Made by a program: the position numbers and the translations under genes. Below are positions 1 through 11,689 of a stretch of 64,000 nt of DNA, piece after piece (position 1 is the first letter of the stretch; each line of letters starts with the position of its first letter). The stretch spans positions 24,343,509 to 24,407,508 of the forward strand of contig CM102171.1 in NCBI GenBank assembly GCA_046562895.1. Reading direction: 5' to 3'. The notes beneath the pieces were generated by a model. The model was not told the DNA's origin. It did not search any database and was given only the letters and a program-made list of their open reading frames with translations. This stretch comes from Trichechus inunguis. Taxonomy: Eukaryota.

Positions 1-1030
1 CCAGGAACCTCTGGCTGCCTCTCACGTACTATATGGGTCTTAACAGCCCGAATCAAGCTGCTTTGGACACACTCCAGTGGGCCATGGCCACATACATCAA
101 GGAGTGGCTCTATGGCAAGTTCAGGTCCCTGATCCAGGCCTCCAGTTCCAGGCTCATCCCTTCCGCACCAGACCATACACCTGAGACCCCAGCATGCCTC
201 TCTGGCCATGTGGCCCAATTTGAAAGAGATGGCCAAAAAAGCTAGACAGAAAGGGAGGAAGCAGAGGCTCCTAAAAAAATTAGGTTTTTCTATCAATTAC
301 CGAAGACATAACGGAGGGCTGAATTTCTTTTCTTCATCGTTGTCCAATATGCACATTTGAGGCTTCTTTTATTATTTAAATTTTAAAATTATTATTGAAA
401 AGGTAAGGTACATGATAAAAAAATTCAAACAGTAACAGAGTATACAGTGTGAAATAAGTTTTGCCTCCATCTTGACCCCTGATACTCCAGTTCTCCTCTC
501 TAGAAGCAATCACTGTTCTGAGTTTCTTGTTTATCTTTCCAAAACGTTCTATGCATATATAAATACTATGTATCTAATTCCCTTTTGCAAAAGATAAATA
601 TTAGCACACTAGATATGTTTTCCTACTTCATGCTGCTTCCACTTGATATATCTTGAAGCTTATTCCAGGTTTGTGCATATAAAGATGTCCAGTTCTATTA
701 AGCAGCTGCATAGTATTCTATTATTGATATACCAATAATTAATGGCCCTATTGATGGGGCAATTAGGTTGTTTCTGGTATTTTGCTGCTATAAACAGTGC
801 TGCAATGAATATCTTTATAATACTTCTTGGGACACACAAATAAGTTTGTCAGATAAATTTCTAAAAGTGGAATGGCTGGGTCAATGGTTATGTTCAACTT
901 GATAAATGTTTTCACTTTGTCCTTGAAAGAGCTTGAATCAGTTTACACTTCCATGCCAATACAGAGTACTTACAGACTTTTGGATCTTGGTGAGGATTTA
1001 TTAGTTCATTCATCAAGATTATCAAACTGG

Positions 1031-1162
1031 CAGCGCAGCAGTTAAGAGCTCAGCTGCTAACTAAAAACTCAGCAGTTTGAATCCACCAGCGACTCCTTTG
1101 AAAAGTTCTACTCTGTCCTATAGGGTTGCTATGAGTCAGAATTGACGCGACAGGAATGGTCT
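1031..1162 (+). mobile_element. AfroSINE (tRNA-derived Afrotherian SINE) copy
   Basis: tRNA-like head '...gcagttaagagctcagctgctaac...agtttgaatccaccagc' followed by the RTE-derived tail 'ctatagggttgctatgagtcagaattgacgcgacagg'. Confidence 0.75.
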
Positions 1163-1559
1163 TCGGTTTTTTGGTTGTACTATCTGTCAGCTTCTGTGTT
1201 GAGCACAAAGGTTGCAGAGATGAATTAGACAGATCCTGACCCTTGCCTTCACAATCTAGACATGGGAATTATGATATAATCTGGAAAATGCCATATGGTA
1301 CAAGGTACGGAGGTAGCACAAAGAAGGGAGGGGTTAATTTCATCTGTTTGGGAGATTGGTAGTTGGGATTGTCCAGAGCTGAGAAACTCTGTGAAGAATC
1401 TGATATCTGAGACAGGTTTTGAAGGACTCATTTATTTAACAAGTGTGTTGAGTGTCTACTATGTGCCAGGCACTGTTCTGGCTACCTAGGAAACATCAAT
1501 CTGTGAACAAAACAAAGATTCCTACTCTCATGAAGCTTACATTCTAGTGAGGGGGCTAG

Positions 1560-3560
1560 TCAAGAACAATAGACAATATAATAAGTAAATTACATAGTAT
1601 GTTGACGTCAGCAATGATATCCCTCGTTCAATGTCCTCTTCTGAACTCGGCTTGAATTTCTGGCAGTTCCCCATTGATGTACTGCTGCAATCACTTTTGA
1701 ATGATCTTCAGCAAAATTTTACTTGTATGTGATATTAATGATATTGTTCAATAATTTCCGCATTCGGTCGGATCATCCTCCTTTGGAATGGGTACAAATA
1801 TGGATCTCTTCCAGTCAGCTGGCCAGGTAGCGATCTTCCAAATTTCTTGGCATAGACAACTGAGCACTTGCAGCACTGCATCCGTTTGTTGAAACATCTC
1901 AATTGGTATTCCGTCAATTCCTGGAGCCTTGTTTTTCGACAATGCTTTCAGTACAGTTGGACCTCTTCCTTCAGTACCATCGGTTCTTGATCAAATGCTA
2001 CTTCCTGAAATGGTTGAGCATCGACCAATTCTTTTTGGTACAGTGACTCCGTGTATTTCTTCTATCTTCTTTTGATGCTTCCTATGTCCTTTAATATTTT
2101 CCCCGTAAAATCCTTCATTATTGCAACTTGAGGCTTGAATGTTTTTCTACAGCTCTTTCAGCTTGAGAAATGCCGAGCGTATTCTTCCCTTTTGGTTTTC
2201 TATCTCCAGGTCTTTGCACAGGTCGTTACAATACTTTGTCTTCTCAAGCCGCCCTTTGAAATCTTCTATTCAGCTCTTTCATTCATCATTTCTTCCATTC
2301 GCTTTAGCTAATGGACGTTCCAAAGCAAGTTTCAGAGTCTCTTCTGACATCCATTTTAGTCTTTTCTTTCTTTCTTGTCTTTTAACAACCTCTTTCTTTC
2401 TTTACGTATGATGTCCTTGATGTCATTCCACAACTCTTCTGGTCTTCGGTCATTAGTGTTCAATGCGTCAAATGTATTCTTGAGATAAGTCTCTAAATTC
2501 CAGTGGGATATACTCAAGGTGGTACTTTGACTCTCGTGAACTTGTTCTGATTTTCTTCAACTTCATCTTGAACTCGCATATGAGCAATTGATGGTCTGTT
2601 CTGCAGTCGGCCTCAGGCCTTGTTTGGACTAATGATATTGAACTTTTCCTTTGTCTTTTTCCACAGGAATTCCTGTGTATTCCATCTGGTGAGGTCCACG
2701 TGTATAGTCACCGTTTATGTTGTTGGAAAAAGGTATTTGCAATGAAGAAGTCATTGATCTTGCAAAATTCTATCATGCGATCTCTGGTGTCGTTTCTATC
2801 ACCAAGGCCATATTTTCCAACTACCAACCCTTCTCTGTTTCCACTTTTCACATTCCAATCACCAATAAGTATCAATTCATCTTGATTGAATGTTTGATCA
2901 ATTTCAGGCTGCAGAAGTTGGTAAAAATATTCATTTTTTCATCTTTGGCCTTAGTGGTTGGTTTGTAAATTTGAACAACAGTCATATAACTGGTCTTCCT
3001 TGTAGGTGTATGGATATTATCCTATCACTGACAGGATAGATCTTGAAATGTTCTTTTTGACAATGAATGCGACGCCATTCCTCTTCAATTGTCATTTCTG
3101 GCAAAGTAGGCCATATGATTGTCTGATTCAAAATGGCCAATACAGGTCGATTTTAGCTCACTGATGCCTAACATTGATGTTTACGCATTCCATTTCATTT
3201 CTGATGACTTCCAATTTTCTTAGATTCATACTTCGTACATTCCACGTTCTGATTATTCACGGGTGTTTGCAGCTGTTTCTTCTCATTTTGAGTCGTGCCA
3301 CATCAGTAAATGAAGGTCCCGAAAGCTTAACTCCATCCACATCATTAAGGCTGACTCTACTTTGAGAAGGTAGCTCTTCTCTAGTCATATTTTGAGTGAC
3401 TTCCAACCTGAGGGGCTCTTCTTCTGGCACTATATCAGACAATGTTCTGCTGCTACTCATAAGGTTTTCACTGGCTAAATTTTTCAGAATTAGACTGCCA
3501 GGTCCTTCTTCTTAATCTGTCTTAGTCTGGAAGTTCTGCTGAAACCTGTCCACCGATCCT
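1560..3560 (-). mobile_element. RTE/BovB-type LINE, 5' portion (endonuclease plus reverse-transcriptase N-terminal half), inverted relative to the adjacent 3' portion
   Basis: Minus-strand translation gives the RT motifs 'KAPGIDGIPIEMFQQ...IWKIATWPADWKRSIFVPIPKEDDPTECGNY' and '...SKILLKIIQKRLQQYINGELPEIQAEFRRGH.TRDIIADV', ending near 1590. Confidence 0.7.
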
Positions 3561-3599
3561 GCTAGTATTTGAAATACCGGTGGCAAAGCTTCCAGTATC

Positions 3600-4795
3600 A
3601 CAGCAACATGCAAGCCACCACAGTACGACAAACTGACAGACATGTGGTGGCTATTATGGCAGATGGATTATGGCTGAAAGCAGAGAATACCATAAAGATG
3701 TTTATCTGTGTTTTATTGACTATGCAAAGGCATTCAACTGTGCGGATCATAACAAATTATGGACAACACTGGGAAGAATGGGAATTCCAGAATATTTAAT
3801 TGTCTTCATGAGAACTTGTACTTAGACCAAGAGGCAGTAGGTCAGACAGAACAAAGGGATACTGCGTGGTTTAAAGTTAAGAAAAGTCAGGGCTGTATCC
3901 TTTCACCGTACTTACTCAATCTGTATGCTGAACAAATAATCCAAGAAGCTGGACTATATCAACAAGAACATGACATCACGATTGGAGGAACACTCATTAA
4001 CAACCTGCGTTATGCAGGTGACACAACCTTGCTTGCTGAAAATGAAGAGGACTTGAAGCATTTACTGATGAAGATCAAAGACTATTGCCTTCAGTATGCA
4101 TTATACCTCAATATAAAGAAAACAAAAATCCTCACAAATGGACAAATAAGCAACATCATGATAAACGGAGAAATGACTGAAGTTTCATTTTACTTGGATC
4201 CACAATCAACACCCATGGAAGCAGCAGTCAGGAAATCAAAGGACGCGTTGCACTGGGCAAATCTGCTACAAAAGACTTCTTTAAAGTGTTAAAAAGCAAA
4301 GATGTCACTTTAAAGACTAATAAGGTGCACCTAACCCAAGACTTAGTGTTTTCAATGGCCTCATATGCATGTGAAAGCTGGACAATGAATAAGGAAGACC
4401 AAAGAAGAATTGACGCTTTTGAATTACGGTGTTGGCGAAGAATACTGAATATGCCACGGACTGCCAAAAGAAAGAACAAATTTGTCTTGGAAGAAGTACA
4501 GCCAGAACGCTCATCAGAAGCAAGGATTGCGAGACTTTGTCTCACATACTTTGGACATGTTATCAGGAAGGACCAGTCCCTGGAGAAGGACATCATGCTC
4601 GGTAAATCAGAGGGGCAGTGAAAAAGAGGAAGGCCCTCAATGAGATGGACTGACATAATGGCTACAACAATGGGCTTAAGGATAACAACGATTGTGAGGA
4701 TGGTGCAGGACCCGGCAGTATTTCATTCTGTAGTATATAGAGTGGCTATGAATCGGAACTGACTTGACGGTACCTCACAACAATAACAACATATA
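3600..4795 (+). mobile_element. RTE/BovB-type LINE, 3' portion (reverse-transcriptase C-terminal half through the 3' tail)
   Basis: Plus-strand translation gives 'WIMAESREYHKDVYLCFIDYAKAFNCADHNKLWTTLGRMGIPEYLIVFMRTCT', '...GGTLINNLRYAGDTTLLAENEEDLKHLLMKIKDYCLQYALYLNIKKTKIL' and '...RRIDAFELRCWRRILNMPRTAKRKN...SLEKDIMLGKSEGQ'. The 3' tail 'tatagagtggctatgaatcggaactgacttgacgg' is the same motif carried by AfroSINE tails. Confidence 0.75.
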
Positions 4796-4924
4796 GTGTT
4801 AGAAGGTGATGGGCACTTCGGAAAAATAAAAGGCAGAACAGGGTAAGGGGGATCAGGAGTGCCAGTGGTGGAGGGAGGTGTGAGTAGCAATTTTAAGTGG
4901 GGAAGTTAGATAGACCTCATCAAG

Positions 4925-6330
4925 AAGGTGACTTTTTTTCACATAACTTTTATTTTTAATTGTGATGAAAATATACACAACAAACATCTGCCATTGAACA
5001 ATTTCTACATATATAATTCAGTGACATTGATTACACTCTTGGACAGCCATTCTCGCTATCCTTTTCCAAATCATTCCACCACTATTAACATAAATTCAAT
5101 GATCCCTAAGCAAAAACTTACCCTTTATTCTTTCCTCCCACTCGTGGGAACCACTAATAATCTTTGGTTTCTATATATTTGCTTATTTCGTGTAAGTGAA
5201 ACATTACAATATCTGTCCTTTCGCAACTGACTTATTTCGCTCAGCATGATGTTTTCAAGACTCATTTATGTTATGGCATGCATCAGGACTTTATTTCTCT
5301 TTATGGCTGAGCAGTATTCCATTGTGTGTATATACCACCTTTTGTTTATTCATTCATCTATTGATGAACAAGTCAGTTGTTTCCAAGTTTTGGGTATTGT
5401 GAAAAGTGCCGCAATGAACACTGGCGTACAGATTTCTGTTTGCGTTCCTGCTTTCACTTCTGGGTATACACCTAGGATTGGGATTACTGGATCATATGGT
5501 AATTCTATGGTCAACATTTTGAAGAAGTGACAAACTGTTTTTCACAGCAGCTGTACCATTAAGGTTCCAGTTTCTCCACCACCACACCAATACTTGTTTC
5601 CCGTTTTTTTGATCATTGCCATTCTAATGGGGGTGATGTGGTATCTCATTGTGGTTTTGATTTGCATCTTCCATTCGGCTGCTATCCAAAAGGTTGGCAG
5701 TTTGAATCCACAAGCCGCTGCTTGGAAATCCAACGGAGCAGTTCTACTCTCTCCCATAGGGTCACTAGGAGTCGGAATTAACTCAATAGCAACAGATTTT
5801 TTTTTTTAATGGGTTTTTAATGTCTAATGACGTTGAGCATATTTTCACGTGCTTATTGGCCATCTGAATATCCTCTTCGGACAAATGTCTCTTCAACTCT
5901 GAGGAGGTGATTTTTGAGAAAAGATCCTATTCTGGTGATTTTATATAATGGAATAATACAACATGTGGCCCTTTGTGTCTGGCTTCTTTCACTTGGCATA
6001 ATATTTTCAAAGTTCAACTGTATTGTAGCATGTATCAGTACTTTTTTTCCTTTTCATGGCTGTATAATATTCCATTGTGTGGATATACCATATTTTGTTT
6101 AGCCATTCATCAGTTGATGGACATGTGGATTAACCCTAACCCTAACTTTTGGCTATTGTGAATAGTGCTGCTATGAACATTTGTATACAAGTTTTCATTT
6201 GAACACCTGTTTTCAATTCTTTCAGGAATATACCTGGGAGTGGAATTGCTGAATCGTAAGGTAATTTCTGTGTTTAAATTACTGAGGAGCCACCAAACTG
6301 TTTTCCACAGTAGCTGCACCATTTTCCATT
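4925..6330 (-). mobile_element. L1 LINE 3' portion (ORF2 C-terminus plus 3' UTR), interrupted by an AfroSINE fragment
   Basis: Minus-strand ORF 5542-5757 contains 'MQIKTTMRYHITPIRMAMIKKTGNKYWCGGGETGTL'. The plus strand shows the characteristic reverse-complement L1 string 'gctgagcagtattccattgtgtgtatataccacc'. A poly-T run at 4930 is the poly(A) tail seen in reverse. Confidence 0.7.
5676..5796 (+). mobile_element. 5'-truncated AfroSINE fragment nested in L1
   Basis: 'ccaaaaggttggcagtttgaatccacaagccgctgcttggaaatcc...catagggtcactaggagtcggaattaactcaatagcaacag'. Confidence 0.65.
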
Positions 6331-7617
6331 CCCACTAGCAATGCATGAGGGTGTATCATAATTGTGTTTCATCCGTCTCTTTCATTAAAGCTTTTCAGGG
6401 ATAGGAAATGTGGCTTCCCTCAGGGCCTAACCAGGTACCTGGCAGTTAGCAAGTGTTGAAATGTCTGTTGAATGAATGAATTGGATGACTGAATGGATAA
6501 CATAGGGTAAGAACCAAGTAGTAAAGGGGGAAGGAAGAAGCAATTTTATCAGTAAGTTCTGATGTGAAACTAAACACAAAACTGAGCTCCAACTAGGGCA
6601 GAGGGAATCCTAGTAAACAGCCAGGGGTTTTTGTCCAAGGTGGGCTCCAGGAGGATTGAGGTCCCACTGATTGAAATTGCACGTAAACATTCAGGAGAAC
6701 ATGCAGTTTTCTAGAAGAGGGTCCATAGGCAGACTGCAGGCTCCAGAAGGACAGGGATCCTGTATAATCTGTCCACTATTGTATCCCCTGCCTGCAGATA
6801 TAGAGCCTGGCACCAAGGAGATGTAAAATGAATGCTTATTGAATGAATGTCTGACTGGTTGAAAGAAAAGCTTTCATCAGATTCCCAAGGGGTCTGTAAC
6901 CCCCAAAAAGTTTTAAGGCTCAATAACCTAGAAGGAGAAAATGAAATAGATCACTGGGGGAAGCTTGATCCTGGGCCAGAGCTCTGAGAGGAATTCGTCA
7001 CCATGGAATGAGCAAGGGACCCCTCCCAACTGCGTGATTCCCTTCTCAGTGGACTTTCTGATTCTCACATGACAGGCTGCATCCAAGCCTGAATCCTACG
7101 CCAACTTCTGCCACCTACTATCGGTGTGACCTTGGCTATATTACTCCAGTAGTCTAGGCCCAGGTTTCCACAATAACATCCACTCTGAGGGCTACTGAGT
7201 GGACTAAGTCAGAATGTTGGTATAATACTGGAGCATTGATTATGCTGCACACCCAATTTTGTATTCACATCCATTTACCCTGATCGTGAGGCCTCGAGCA
7301 GCTCCTTGCTCTAAACTGTTTGCCTCTACTAGTCCACAGAATTGCTTGGTTTGGCTGTATAAGTAAATATCAATTACGGTCATTCACAAGAACTGCTTTG
7401 CAAATATGCCTAATTACTGTGTAGCACGAGAATAATGGGAGAAAACTCACATTTATTGAACTCCATTGTGTGCCTGCACTGTGCAGGACACTTTCATGCC
7501 TTATCTTACCCTACAAATTAGACCTGTCATTAAGTAGAGGCGTTGACAATTTTTTGTGCTATATGGATATTAACTTTGTACCTGGATCATAAAAAGAAAA
7601 AAAAACAAACTAACTGT

Positions 7618-7800
7618 CAAGTCAATTTTGGCTCATGGCGACCCCATGTGTGCAGAACAGAATGGCACTCCATAGGGTTTTCAAGGCTGTGACCTTTTGG
7701 AAGCAGATCGCCAGGCATCTCTTCCAAGGCACCTCTGAAAGGGTGCAAACCACCAACCTTTTGATTATTAGCCAAGTGTTTAAACAAATTTGCTACCAGG
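7618..7800 (-). mobile_element. Afrotherian tRNA-derived SINE, second subfamily (AfroLA-like), reverse orientation
   Basis: 'ttggctcatggcgaccccatgtgtgcagaacagaatggcactccatagggttttcaaggctg...gggtgcaaaccaccaaccttttgattattagccaagtg'. The same subfamily occurs at 31690-31880. Confidence 0.6.
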
Positions 7801-8289
7801 GATTCCCACCTGGACAATAGCAGGCACTGAAAAAAAACAAACAAACAAAAAAAAATGTTGACTGAATTAACTTTGCTTTAGGTTGTAACCTAAACTTCAC
7901 CAATGTTCCAGCATGGACAGGCATATTTCTAACCTTAACATGAGACTAAAAGTTGATGGGTCCTCAGGAGAGCTGGCCTGTACAAAGCTGTTTTTAATCA
8001 ACTGACCAACAAATCTTGACTGAGTGGTTTCTGTGTGCTCAAACTGTGAGAAGCCCTGGGGAATGGTGAGAACATACTACTCTAGGAGCTGAGGTGCTTG
8101 CTGGGGAGATCAGACCAAGACTACGGAAAGGTACCTACCTGGCCGAGGCTGGGCTGTATGTGACCCTGGAGTGAATGGGTGACTTCCCAGGAAGCAGCAT
8201 CTGATGGGCAGAGACCTTTGCAGATGGTCAGACGAGGTCTCTTGGCAGGACTGAGGATGGAGGGTTTAGTGAGGAAGGGACTGGACTCT

Positions 8290-8400
8290 GTCGAGAATCT
8301 TGGGCTCAAGTTCTGGCTAAGTCTTAACTGCTTAGGTGACTTTGGGCAAATCCCTTAAACATTCCAGACCTCAGTTTAGTATCTGAAAAACTAGGGGGGG
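8290..8400. repeat. MIR (ancient mammalian SINE) core relic
   Basis: 'gtcttaactgcttaggtgactttgggcaaatcccttaaacattccagacctcagtttagtatctgaaaaactaggg' matches the MIR core '...tgtgaccttgggcaagtcacttaacctctctgagcctcagtttcctcatctgtaaaatggg'. Confidence 0.6.
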
Positions 8401-8989
8401 GCGGAATTGTTGAACTCGTTCAATTATTAAGTGCCTTCCAATTATTAGATTCCAAGATTCTCTACCAACCACGCTTTTTTCTCCCCTTTAAGAAGAAAAC
8501 ACTTCCTATGATTGGAATTCATCAAATAAATCAATGGTATTTGTACAGGACCCACTGTCCTGTGGAAGACTGTGCCAGAAACTTTTGGGGGGGGGGGTGA
8601 GTATAGAATGACATGGTCATTGTCTTCAAGAAGAGTTGAATATTCAGATTCCATTTCAACCAGCATTTGTCCAGTGCTGGCTGTGTGCTCAATGGGCACT
8701 GCGCCGGTGTTTTCCCACCCCTTGCCCCTTAACCATCCCATCCAGCCATCAGGTGGGTATGATGATCTCCTTTAACAGGGGGGTAAACTGAGTCTCTCGG
8801 AAAGTACGGTCATGGCTTATCCAGGGACAGGGATCAAGGCAAGATCTGAACCCGGGGCTCCTGACTCCATGTGTAATACGAACCTGGGGGTCATCTCTAA
8901 AACGCGGAAGGAAGTTAAACAAAATGGTCTGTGCTAAGCAGCCTTGCAGTTCTAAGATTCTATGTATTAAACAGTCGGTGCCAACTGTG

Positions 8990-9700
8990 ACAGTAGACTT
9001 TAAACATTACTGAGCTGCAACCTGGGCGGGCACCCGGCCTGCGGGCGGACCCCAAGTCCTTACCCGGAACCTGGGCATGGCCGGGCTGTGCTATTTGTGC
9101 GGGTGGGGGACGAACAGCAGCAAAATGCTTGCGACGAGACTTTCGCTGAAACGCCCCCTTGGATCTCTCCGGAGGGAGAGTTTATGGTTCTACAACATCT
9201 TTTAGGGTTCCCTCCCTTGGCTATCTCCCTTCTACTCACCTCCCGCGGAGTTATTTCTTCCCCTTCGCTGCTTCATTGGATTCCCTCTTGGTACGCCCCC
9301 CCCACCCCCGACTTGGAGAGGCCAGGAGGCCGCCGCGTGGGCACTGCGCATGCGAACCCCCACCACTGGGTGGGACGGGTGGGCGGGAGAGGGAAGCGCG
9401 GAGCACGGACCCCGCCTCTGCGCGGCTCCACGCGTGACGTCGCGGGGGGCGCCGGCCTCCGCCGGGTTCCGAGCGGTGAGAGCGAGCGGCGGGCAGGCAC
9501 TGCGCTGCCAGCGTGCGAGGGCTGCGGGGCTTGAGTTCCCGCAGGAAGGGATCTTGGGAGGAGGGGGTTAGGGAGGCTCCGGTGCAGTACTAGCTACTGA
9601 CCCTTAGGCTCCGGCTCTCCCCTCCTCCTTTTCCCCCTTCTGGAGGTGCCGGGAGGGGAGGCAGGGCAGGGGCTGAGCATTTGTGACTCCTGTGTTTTCC
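8990..9700 (+). promoter_or_regulatory. TMEM219: CpG island and probable TMEM219 promoter with non-coding first exon
   Basis: Very high CpG density ('gcgcatgcgaaccccc...cgcgtgacgtcgcggggggcgccggcctccgccgg'). It lies about 0.8-1.5 kb upstream of the TMEM219 ATG exon. A candidate donor 'gagcg|gtgaga' sits near 9475. Confidence 0.55.
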
Positions 9701-10512
9701 TGGTGCCCTCCTTCCCCCACCCTCTATGTTTATCACCTCGCCTTCCAGACGTTCCTTTTCTTCAGTCTGTCGCTTCTCGCGTGGGAAAATATGGTAGCGC
9801 GGAAAGAGTACTCAACTTGGAAGCAGGAGACAGGTTTCAGACCTTGGCCCTACCACTGCTATGTTAAAGTCCCCGAGCCTCAGTTTCCCCCACAGTATTT
9901 TTGCCCTGCCTAACTGGGGACAAGTATGACACAAAGGAAAGAAACAGACATTTGTTGAGTTCTTGCATAACAAAGTACCATACAAACTGCTGTGTCTGCC
10001 ACATTTAATCCTCATTACGTGGTGTTCATAGAATTCCCATTTTACATAAGGTTCGCTGACTTGGTTTGACATAGCCAGTGAGTAGCACAGAGGGATTCAA
10101 GCAGAGTTTTTTTTTATCAGACAGCCTTGACTTCCGTTGTCTGGGCTCTGGCTGGAGCTTCTTCAGCCAAACCCTAGCCCCCAAACAGCTGCTTCCTATT
10201 TTTCTCACTGAGAATTCCCCTTTTCGAGATCTTTTGCCAACACAGGGTACTCTGCTCTGCTTCCACATTGATTACCTCAAAAATGAAACATTTATTGAGT
10301 GGTGCAGGGAGTGAACACGTGGAGTCAAGAGCCTTGGATCCTTGTTCTGGCTCTGCCACTAACTGGCTGTGTGGCCCTGGGCAAGCCCTTTGTCTGCTCT
10401 GCAGTTTAGCTTCCTTTTGAATAAAATGGACGAGTGCAACAGGCTCTTCTCCAGTTCTCCCTCTGTGTCCCCTAGCAGGCTCTCTGTGGAGGCCCAAGAC
10501 CTTCTGCTCCCC

Positions 10513-10677
10513 ATGGGCAGCTTCCAGGCAGGGCACAACCTGCATTTCTGTCTGGCCCACCACCCACCTCTGGTCTGTGCCACTTTGATTCTGCTGCTTC
10601 TTGGCCTCTCGGGCCTGGGTCTTGGCAGATTCCTCCTCACCCACAAGACTGGCCTTCGCAGCCCTGACATTCCTCAG
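10513..10677 (+). CDS. TMEM219: TMEM219 coding exon 1 (ATG to donor cag|gtaagt)
   Basis: Encodes 'MGSFQAGHNLHFCLAHHPPLVCATLILLLLGLSGLGLGRFLLTHKTGLRSPDIPQ' (signal peptide / TM-like start). Kozak context ccccATGg. Confidence 0.85.
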
Positions 10678-10765
10678 GTAAGTATCCTTCTGTCCATCCT
10701 CCCGACACAGGCTGACTCTTGTTACTGATTTGCTCTCACCTCCCTCTCACCCTCTTTGCACACAG

Positions 10766-10955
10766 GACTGGGTCTCCTTCTTGAGGTCTTTTGGCCAGCT
10801 GACCCTGTGCCCTATGAATGGGACACTCACAGGGAAGTGGCATGGGCCTCATGTCGTGGGCTTACTGACCACCTTGAACTTCGGAGATGGTCCAGACAGG
10901 AACAAGACCCAGACATTCCAAGCCAAGGTCCTGGGTAGTCAGATGGGACTGAAAG
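10766..10955 (+). CDS. TMEM219: TMEM219 coding exon 2
   Basis: Acceptor cacag|GAC, donor AAAG|gtgaga. Encodes 'DWVSFLRSFGQLTLCPMNGTLTGKWHGPHVVGLLTTLNFGDGPDRNKTQTFQAKVLGSQMGLK'. Confidence 0.85.
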
Positions 10956-11689
10956 GTGAGACGGGGGAGGACTGTGGGGTCAGGCATCAGAATACTGAGG
11001 GCTGAGCCCTGCCTCTACCTTCATCAGTCTGGTGACCCTGAACACATCTCTGGGCCTTAGTCACTTCTGCTGTAAGGAGAACTAGATACTTTCAGGAAAC
11101 ACACTACCTTACAGTGTCAGTTCTCTATAAGCTTTCCCTTTCCAGCTCAGAGGTTCTTTGAGTCTGTACTTGGAGGTGTGATGGAGTGGGCTAGGTTTGA
11201 CTTGGTGTTCTTTCTCATCCCTCTTCATCCTTACAATCTTCTCCTCTTAAAGGTGCTGCCTTTTTCCTACTAGGGATATCAGAAAAGCATGTTCTGTTCA
11301 ACTATTGAATGTCCACTCTATGCTTAGTACAGTGTTACATGCTATGGAGGATACAGAAGAAATTAGACACCATCCATTTCCAAATAGTCTTCTGGGAAAA
11401 TGATGAGTGAGAGTCATTGGGTGCCATTAATTAATTCCTGTGTAACATTTGGCCTCAGGTTCCTTATTTAAAAACTGGGGAGATGAAGAGGGAGGAGGGA
11501 AAGGTGGAATTCTCTCACTTTGGAGGTCCTTATGTGACACTATCATTCTATGATTCTCCTGAGTCTAGTATGTGTGTTTGTGTGTGGGAGTAGGTCTCTG
11601 CAAGTCCAGGTGTACACGTGAACAAAGCACAAGAGTAAAAGAATGTGTCTGATACATACAGACTTGGAACAATATTACTATTATTACTT

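Noticed and set aside
3759-4621. 177-aa and 111-aa plus-strand ORFs
   Set aside because: These are reverse-transcriptase and C-terminal segments of the RTE/BovB LINE, not a host gene. Reported as a mobile element instead.
5246-5530. Plus-strand ORFs with L1-like text (GITGSYGNSMVNILKK; also 11995-12351 and 16768-17055)
   Set aside because: These are the antisense reading of L1 elements that sit on the minus strand. The true L1 ORF2 sense translations, with MQIKTTMRYH and RQPTEWEKIF motifs, are on the minus strand. Not independent genes.
9088-9571. 148-aa and overlapping ORFs in the TMEM219 CpG island, and 23179-24544 ORFs in the TAOK2 CpG island
   Set aside because: CpG islands are stop-poor by composition. 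Pro/Arg/Gly-rich translations with no homology I recognise. Better explained as promoter and 5' UTR sequence.
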